DNA of 64,000 nucleotides from the human T2T-CHM13v2.0 reference genome, Homo sapiens: NCBI GenBank assembly GCA_009914755.4, contig CP086569.2, positions 17,984,001 to 18,048,000 of the forward strand, read 5' to 3'. Shown piece by piece: positions 56,721 to 64,000 of this stretch (position 1 is its first letter; each line of letters starts with the position of its first letter). The notes under the pieces were generated by a model. It saw only the letters and a program-made list of their open reading frames with translations, ran no database searches and was not told where the DNA came from. The position numbers and the translations under genes were made by a program.

Positions 56721-57954
56721 CCAGTAATAATCTCCTAATGGCTTCCTGATATTTGATAGGTGTTCCCTTGGAAGGTAGGAATTTCCTTTCTCTCCATATT
56801 GCTGCATGAGCATGGAGGACTAGGTAAGCATACTTAGAGTCTGTATATATATTTACCCATTTTCCTTCTCCTAATTCTAGTGTATAATGGCCCCTGCTTT
56901 TGCTAGAATGTATCTCCCTATCAAAGGAGTGGGGCTTTCAGGCATAAATGGAAAGGCATGTGAAAGGAGTAAAGTTCTCCAGTCACAACTTAGTGGCTGG
57001 GAGAAATATCTAGTGACTTCTTGTCCTAAGACCCTTTGGATAGTGATGGATCTGAAGGACAGTTGTCCAGAACAGGAGAGTAAGACTTAGAAGGCTGTGC
57101 CAGTGTCCAGGAAATATTTAACCTCCTGGTCCTTAATGATCAAGCATACCTTGGGCTGTATGAGGGTGACAGCATGGGCTGGCACTTGCCCAGAGCACCC
57201 TCCATCCTGCTGCTGGATCATCCGGTTAGTGGCTTCTGACTCAGATGACCTTCATCCCCTGGGTCTGTGGGCCTTCCACTGATTCCGTTGTCATAAGGGA
57301 CATGGACAAGGGGGTGGCTTATTCATATTTGAACAATCTTTTTTAAAGTGTTTTTGTAGACCACACTAGAAGCAAGCCCTATTAGGCATTCAATTTGCCC
57401 AGTCTTTCCCTATTCCAGAGCCTCCAAAGTCCACTTGCCTGAGGGCCATGACTAAAGCAGTGGCCTTCTTTTTATCCCATTTGTCCCATTCTGCCTGCTT
57501 CTCCTAATTACTAATGGTTCAGACCTTCATTTCCTCTAGCAAGTTGTATCTCCAAAGGCATCTAGGCTGTGAACCCAGGGAGTCTTTTCCCTTGTGCCCT
57601 TCCCAATTTAGGTATACACCTCTTGACATGGGCAGTTATGTGGGACCTGTTCCCCACCACCCTTGTCGGGGCCCCAAGTTTGTGAATGGCTAAGAAAATT
57701 GCTCTCCCATTGTGTAAGATGCTGTCTCACCCAATTTTTACCCAGCTTACCCACACAGCTGCAGTACAATTTCTGAGCCTTGGCTCCTTGGCCAGGGCCT
57801 TAGACCTGACAATCCAGTGCTTTAACAATTGGAACTAGGTCTACAACAAAATAATAAATCAGGGTGAAAACAAATTGAATAAATTAAAGGGAGGCACATA
57901 TTCCTATTGTGGCAAATGGAGCAATGAGTGAATGTTCTTCTGCTCTGTTCTCAA

Positions 57955-58110
57955 AATCCATGTACATAAAAAGAGAGAAAAAAAGAGGGAAAAGGGGAAG
58001 AGAGAAAGAGGAAAGAGAGAGAGAGAGTAAAAAGAGAGAGGAAGGGGAGAGTCAAAGACAGAGCAAAGAGAGAGAGAGAGGGGAATGAGAGAAGCAGAAA
58101 GAGAGAGATA
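57955..58110. repeat. GA-rich (purine) simple repeat inside the HERV-W internal region
   Basis: aaaagagagaaaaaaagagggaaaaggggaagagagaaagaggaaagagagagagagagtaaaaagagagagg... Confidence 0.85.
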
Positions 58111-58857
58111 GAAGTAGTACAGAAAAAACATTGTGCCCTAATTCTTTGAAAGCCGAGGTAAATTTAAAACCTAAAATTGACAACTGAAGGTCTTCTCTGT
58201 GACCCTATAACACTCCAGTACTACCTTATTGTCAGTGTAAACAAGGGCATAGCCTGAAAACATGGAGACTACTGACAACCCATAGTCTTCCTATCAAAAA
58301 TCCTTAACCCAGTAATTCATGGATAGCCCAAATGCTCTAATACTTGGGAGAGGAAGTGAAAGTTTGAAGCATTAGTATCTAGGAGGCAGGGATTGGAGGA
58401 AGTAGATTCAGAGGTAAGGAGAATTTTGGGGCTATAATTTTAAGAAAGTCGTGGTCAGGACCCAGGAGGTATGGGTCAGAAGGAGAGGTAGGGATGCACA
58501 CATGGCGGACTGTTGGGTAGAGAATTCTGGCTGCACCATAATATTGACCAACCAATGCCAGGAGCTCAGGATGACAGCTTTCAACCTCTAGTTGACTCTT
58601 GGCTTCCCCAGGAAAATTGTGAAAGCAGAAGCTGGTTCCAGGAAGACCAACACTCCCAACCCAGAAGGGCTGGAGGTTGTTAGAAAGCCTTTTCCCAGGA
58701 AGTCTCACACCTGAGTCTTTACTCTGGCAGCCATGCTAATTGTTTTTAGCGACCAAAGATGCCTGGTATTTTCCTCCAATTCTAACGAAGGTTAGGAAAA
58801 AATAGCAATGAAAGTGTTTCAATATTACTCAGCAATTTGGAGAATCCCTGTACAGGC

Positions 58858-59741
58858 CACCAAATATTATCAGTGGGTCTTTGTTCCTATGGGTCCCAAG
58901 ATGGTAGTAGGCCACCCCTAAGATGTGTTGGGCCACTCCCAAGATGGTAGCAAGCCTTTTGTCCTCTGGCCTGGGGTTCTTGGCCTTGTAGATTCCAAGG
59001 AATGGAACCTTGGGCCATGCCGTGAGTATTATAGCTCTATTAGAAACTGTGGGTCACAGAAGAGAACCACGGAACCCAGTGATTAGTGTTCCACTTGATT
59101 AGGATGAACCAGGGCACTTAGCCACGCAGGAAAAATTGTGAGCCTTTAGTCCAATCAGGAGTGGCAAAGGGTGCCTTGCTGGATCAGGAGTGCAGCAGAC
59201 ACCCTGCCAGAACCAGAGGGGTTAAAATCAGTGGCTGCTCTGTGGCAGTAGCATTCAGCAGTGGTGGATGGAGAGTGAAAGCTTAGCTCAAACTGGGACA
59301 AACTGCTTAGGTGATTTGACTAATAAATGCTGGTCTATTATTGAACTGTATAGAAGTGGGAAGGCCAGAAGAGTGTGCAGTTGCAAGATTTAATAGAGTG
59401 AAAACAGAGTTCCCATAGAATGGGATGAGACCCAAATGGATTTGCCCACTCTGGCTTGAATGCCTGGGGTTTATATCCCAATCATTTCCTCTCCCCCTGT
59501 GTTCTAAGATGGTAGATGATTTGACTATTTCTCTACCTCCTGCTTTTAGCCTAATTTGTATTTTAGTGAGCCCTCTTTACTACTTGATCGGTCAGTTGTG
59601 AACTGAGTTACAAGCCCTGTGTTTAAAGGTGGTTGTGGTCACCTTCCCAGCTAGGCTTAGGATCTCTTAGCTGGCCTAGGAAACCCAGCTATTCCTGTCT
59701 TCACAGCTAGGGTGTCTTCATATGGCTGGGAATCTGGGGAG
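58858..59741 (-). mobile_element. LTR17-like (HERV-W family) LTR, interpreted as the 5' LTR. It carries a ~78 bp insertion relative to LTR1.
   Basis: It aligns with 55144-55960 end to end, with the same TATA box region (gggtttatatccc, reverse complement). Extra sequence aaactgggacaaactgcttaggtgatttgactaataaatgctggtctattattgaactgtatagaagtgggaaggcc is absent from LTR1. Confidence 0.75.
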
Positions 59742-59859
59742 TAGGCAAAAGAAGGTTAGGAACCTCATGAACTTCCTGTCTATCCTGCTGGAGGACTGGA
59801 AGATAGTTGCCTAGAAGGCTGATGTCTGGAAGAAGGTTGCGGCTGAGCAAGACAGTGCA

Positions 59860-60564
59860 TCAATATACAAGTTCAAATAGACTGTACCCTGTAGTATCTA
59901 GAGCACAGACTCTAATTCTGAGAAGGGCAAGAGTTAAAAGTACTGTCCAATCCTTTTTAAGTTGGAGGCTGCGCTTGGTGAATTGTGTTTTTAAAAGACC
60001 ATTAGTCCATTCTACCTTTTCTGAAGATGGAGAATCGTAAGGGGGTATGAAGTTTCCACTGAATACTAAGAGCCTGAGAAACTGCTTGGGTGATTTGACT
60101 AATAAATGCTGGTCTATTATTGAACAGTATAGAAGTGGGAAGGCCAAACTGAGGAATTATATCTGACAGAAGGGAAAAATGACTGCAGTGGCCTTCTGAG
60201 ACTGTGTTGGAAAGGCCTCTACCCACCCAGTGTAAGTGTCTACCCGGACCAAGAGGTATTTTAGTTTCCTGACTTGGGGCATGTGAGTAGAGTCAATTTG
60301 CCTGTCTTGGGCAGGGGCAAATCCCCGAGCTTGATGTGCAGGGAAGGGAGGGGGCTTGAAAAATCCCTGAGGAGTAGTAGAATAGCAGATGGAACATGGA
60401 AAAGTAATTTCCTTGAGGATAGATTTCCATGATGGAAAATAAATTAGAGGTTCTAAGAGGTGGGCTAGTGGCTTGTAACCTACATGGAAGAGGTTATGAA
60501 GTGATGACTGAAAAGAATGGGCCTTGATGCTGCAAGGAGATATTTTCCTTGGTACAAGAACCAT
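59860..60564 (-). pseudogene. ERV integrase (HHCC, DDE core and C-terminal domain), interrupted by frameshifts
   Basis: ORF 60157-60564 has LHNLFHV...x29...CSIC...DRQIDSTHMPQVRKLKYLLVRVDTYTGWVEAFP. ORF 60002-60226 has FNNRPAFISQITQAVSQALSIQWKLHTPLRFSIFRKGRMD. ORF 59860-60147 has LPLALLRIRVCALDTTGYSLFELVY. Confidence 0.75.
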
Positions 60565-61262
60565 TTGGTTTGTGTGGGAAGAGATTGATAGGTGGAAGTT
60601 TCAGTGGGATAGTAGGTGGGAGTGACTGATGAGAAAGAGAAAAACTGGCCATGAGGGTCAGAAGTTGGAGCTCTAGCTTCTTCTTTAGCTACCTTACCAG
60701 CATAAGCATTGTCCTAAGTTATGGGATCTGATGTCTTTTGATGGCCTTTGCAGTGAATGACTCTAGCTTCCTTTGGAAGAAAAGTGACCTTCAGAAGCAC
60801 TTTTATTAAAGAGGCATTAAAGATGGAGGAGCCTTGCATAGTAAGGAAACCTCTTTCAGCCCATATAATAGCATGGTGGTACAGCATATGGAAGGTATAC
60901 TTACAGTCAGCATAAATATTAATGCATAGTCCCTTTGCAAGAGGGAGGGTCTGAGTTAAGGCAATGAATTAAGGCTTGCTGAGAAGTAGTGGAGTGGGTC
61001 CGAGTGGTAGCCTCAATGATAGATATGGAAGACAGTATAGCACAGCCTGCCTTTGACAGTGATTGGCGATTGGGCCTGGAAGAACTATCAATAAGCTACG
61101 TGTGGTCTGGTTGGGGAACAGGAAAAAGAAAAATATGAGAAAATGGAGAGAATGAATGGTTTAGTTAGGATGCCAAACCAGGTATCCAAAGGCGGAAGTA
61201 CCTAACCGTGCCTAGGAAGTTAAGGAATTGTTGTTTCATATAAGGGGTTGGGGTTTGCAAGG

Positions 61263-61296
61263 TTAGCCAGACACAATCAGCAAGGAGAACACATCT

Positions 61297-61350
<54 letters not shown>

Positions 61351-61969
61351 ATTAGGTCGAGGTAAATAACGGATGAGAAAGAAATTTGGTTTTTGGAGGG
61401 AGATGCACTATGTCCTTTTGAGAATAGACATTGGAGGAGCAGGAGGGTGTTCTGTTGGGAAGATTTGTAGGAGGGGCTATAAAGTAGGTTATCAAAATAT
61501 TCAATAAGCTGAGAAGCGGATGGATGGAAAGAAAGTAAATCAGGAGAAAGGGCTTGAGTGAAGTAATGGAGACGGTCCATGAAGCCTTCCAGCATTATAG
61601 CCCACGAAAGTTGCTGAAAGTTATGGGTGTCTGGGTCAGTCCAAGTGAAAGCAAAGAGAACCTGGGAGGAGGGATGCAAAGGGATAGTAAAAAAGGCATT
61701 TTTTTGAGGTCAATAACAGAATAGTGAGTTGTGGAAGGGGTTATTGAAGATAGGAGTGTGTATGGGTTTGGTAATATAGGATGGATGGGGAGGACAATTT
61801 GATTAATAAGGCCAAGATCCTGAACCAATTTGTAAGACTTGTCTGGTTTCTGGACAGGTAAGATGGGGGAATTGTAACGAGAGTTTGTAGGCTTTAGAGG
61901 CCCATGATGTAACAGGTGATAACAGGCTTTAGTCCTTTTACAGTGTGCTGTGGGATGGATTATTGGCAT
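61263..61969 (-). pseudogene. ERV reverse transcriptase (N-terminal and palm region), frameshifted
   Basis: ORF 61595-61969 has TNSRYNSPILPVQKPDKSYKLVQDLGLINQIVLPIHPILPNPYTLLSSI. ORF 61263-61679 has FAFTWTDPDTHNFQQLSWAIMLEGFMDRLHYFTQALSPDLLS. Confidence 0.75.
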
Positions 61970-62219
61970 TGAGTGGGGTAAGGGTGATTAGGTTTTAATG
62001 GGATGGTAAGGGGTGCATGATCAGTCACCAAGGGGGGAGTAGAGGTGTCCCATAATTGTGGATTAAGGTGGGGAGTTACAAGGGGAGGATGTGATGGAGG
62101 CTTTGAACTGGGGAAAAGCATGGCAAGGAGGTGTGGCTATAGCCTAGGGATAGCCAGGGAAGCAGATTATTTAGTTAAAATGCCTTGACCTAACAAGGGA
62201 ACTGGGCCAGTGGGGATAA

Positions 62220-62408
62220 CTAAAAAAGAGTGCATAAAATAATATTGTCCAAGTTGGCACCAGAGTTGGGAGTTTTAAGAAGTTTAGAAGTCTGGCCATC
62301 AATACCCACAACAGTTATGGAGGCAAGGGAAACAGACCCTTGAAAATAAGGCAATATGGGGTGGGTAGCCTCACTATTGATTAAGAAGGGGATGGACTTA
62401 CCCTCCAC
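62220..62408 (-). pseudogene. ERV protease region
   Basis: FLINSEATHP is a degenerate LVDTGA-type active-site motif. Confidence 0.45.
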
Positions 62409-62637
62409 TGTAAGAGTTACCCAAAGTGTCTGTGATCATCCAGGAGGCTTTTGAGGTGATCAGGCAGCATCAGTCTTCAGCCACTAAGCTGAGAAGATCT
62501 GGGAGGTAGTCAGTCAGAGAGCCTTGGGCCAGAGTTCCAGGGGCTCTGGGAGTGGCTTCTGGGTGAGGTGGACAGTCTGATTTCCAGTGGGGTCCTGCAG
62601 AGATGGGATGTGGCTCAGGAGGAATCCTAGGCTGCAG

Positions 62638-62874
62638 TCATTCCTTGTCCCAGTGGCCAGATTTCTGAAACTTGAAGCAAAATCCTAGGGCAGGAGGCCC
62701 TGGAGGGATGCCTGGCTGCTGTGGTTCAGTTGTTCTGAAGTTCTTGTGTGCTGGAGATGTGGCTGGGGTCCCTCTCACAGTGGAGACAAGTAATTTCAAC
62801 TCTCCTTTATTATTGTACACCTTGAAGGCAAGGTTAGTTAAGTCCTGTTGTGGGGTTTGAGGTCCAGAATCCAA
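62638..62874 (-). pseudogene. ERV gag nucleocapsid zinc knuckle
   Basis: CFKFQKSGHWDKE fits CX2CX4HX4C. Confidence 0.6.
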
Positions 62875-63554
62875 TTTTTGGAGCTTCTTGTAATGTCAGA
62901 AGCAGATTGGGTAATAAAATGTATACTGAGAATAAGATGGCATTCTGGCCCTTCTGGGTCTAGGGTGGTAAGGCTTCTAAGTGTTGTTGCCAAATGGGCC
63001 ATGAACTGGGATGGGTTTTTATATTTGATGAAAAAGAGCCTAAATGCTAACTGATTTGGGAGACGGCTGATAAAGAAAAGCGAACATTAACCTTGACCTT
63101 GCCTTCAGCTCCAGCCACCTCTTTATGAGGAAATTGTTGGACAGGTAGGGGAGGGCTAGTCACAGAATGAAACTGTAAGCAGAACCAGGTGTGAGGAGGA
63201 GAGGTGATGAAAGGATTATAGGGTGGAGGAGCAGAGGCTGAGGAGGAATTGGGACCTGGCTAGGTCTGTCAAGGAGCAGTCTGGGGAGGAGGGGAGAGGT
63301 CAGATGGGCCCCTAGAAAAGGAGGATTCAGAGGACTCAGAGCTTGGGGTAGAGACTTAAGGAACAGGCAGGAAAGGAAGAAGAAGGATTTGGTAAAAGTT
63401 GCATTGGGATTAGAGACTAGGGAGGGACACATATGTAAAAGAATGCCTGGATGTCAGGCACCTCAGACCATTTGCACATTTATGACAAAAATTATTTAGG
63501 TCTCATAGGATGGATAAATTGAAAGTACCATTTTCTGGCCATTTGGAACAATTA

Positions 63555-63788
63555 TTAAGTTTGTATTGGGGCCAAGCAGTGTTGCAAAAAAAAAAAAATA
63601 AGATGCTTAGGTTTTAGGTCAGGTGAGACTTGAAGAGATTTCACTTTCTTGAGAACACAGTTTAAGGGAGAAGGGGGAATGGAGGGTGGAAAGTTGCCCA
63701 CAGTGAAGGAGGCAAGCCCAGAGAAAAGAGAAAGTAGAGACATGGTGGAGGTACTTGCACCTCCAGGGGAGGTGGTGCTTGCCACCAA
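63555..63788 (-). pseudogene. ERV gag matrix N-terminus
   Basis: M...SPLNCVLKKVKSLQVSPDLKPKHLIFFFLQHCLAP resembles gammaretroviral MA (TPLxCxLxN...KRLIFFC...WP). Confidence 0.45.
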
Positions 63789-64000
63789 GGTGAAGGATCA
63801 AGGCCGTCATCCCCATGGTGATCAGACATGTCTGAAATGTGGGTGAATAATCAAGCAGGTGTCCCCACAGTGATTAAACACCAAGGGAAGACTATCTTCC
63901 CAAGTCCGTGACCAGTGATGGAGTTTTGGGTTCATGAATAAAACATGTCTCCTCTCTCTCTACCAGAAAAAGAAAGGAACTGAAATTAAGGGAAAGAAGA

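Larger units (their letters stand above)
59800..63960 (-). mobile_element. Second class-I (gammaretrovirus-like) ERV: gag-pro-pol, env absent. Its 5' end (leader and 5' LTR) runs off the window.
   Basis: Minus-strand ORFs in retroviral order: gag MA (63555-63788), NC zinc knuckle (62638-62874), protease (62220-62408), RT (61263-61969), integrase (59860-60564). Its integrase HHCC is only ~25% identical to that of the HERV-W copy, so it is a different family. Confidence 0.7.

Noticed and set aside
63890-64000. Search for the primer-binding site and 5' LTR of the outer ERV at the window edge
   Set aside because: gtccgtgaccagtga only weakly resembles a tRNA-His primer-binding-site complement, and the window ends before any LTR can be seen. 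I cannot call it.

Overview
This window reads as primate (human-type) repeat-rich, gene-poor DNA. I found no confident host protein-coding exon. Nothing prokaryotic is present (no CRISPR, operons or promoters), so the novel-system framing probably does not apply. Three structures stand out. (1) More than 7 kb of a ~29-31 bp unit tandem satellite runs from before position 1 to ~8620. It switches orientation several times through two near-palindromic head-to-head junctions and one 0.9 kb unique spacer, and an Alu has inserted into it. (2) At 53.6-64.0 kb there is a nested endogenous-retrovirus complex on the minus strand. An internally deleted HERV-W-type provirus with two LTR17-like LTRs (55144-59741) sits inside or against a second class-I ERV whose gag-pro-pol occupy ~59.8-63.9 kb. 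The HERV-W copy carries a chimeric ORF in which the integrase zinc finger is fused to a syncytin-like env cytoplasmic-tail fragment. (3) A young L1PA 3' fragment shows a twin-priming 5' inversion and a 13-14 bp target-site duplication. The remaining sequence is ordinary interspersed repeats: about 14 Alus, THE1/MST and other MaLR solo LTRs, older L1 fragments and Tigger MITE-like pieces. There are also several minisatellites and an unusual set of GATA/TCTA arrays that includes an inverted pair. All coordinates are approximate (typically ±5-20 bp) because they were set by eye. Family names rest on consensus sequences recalled from memory and should be confirmed with RepeatMasker/Dfam.
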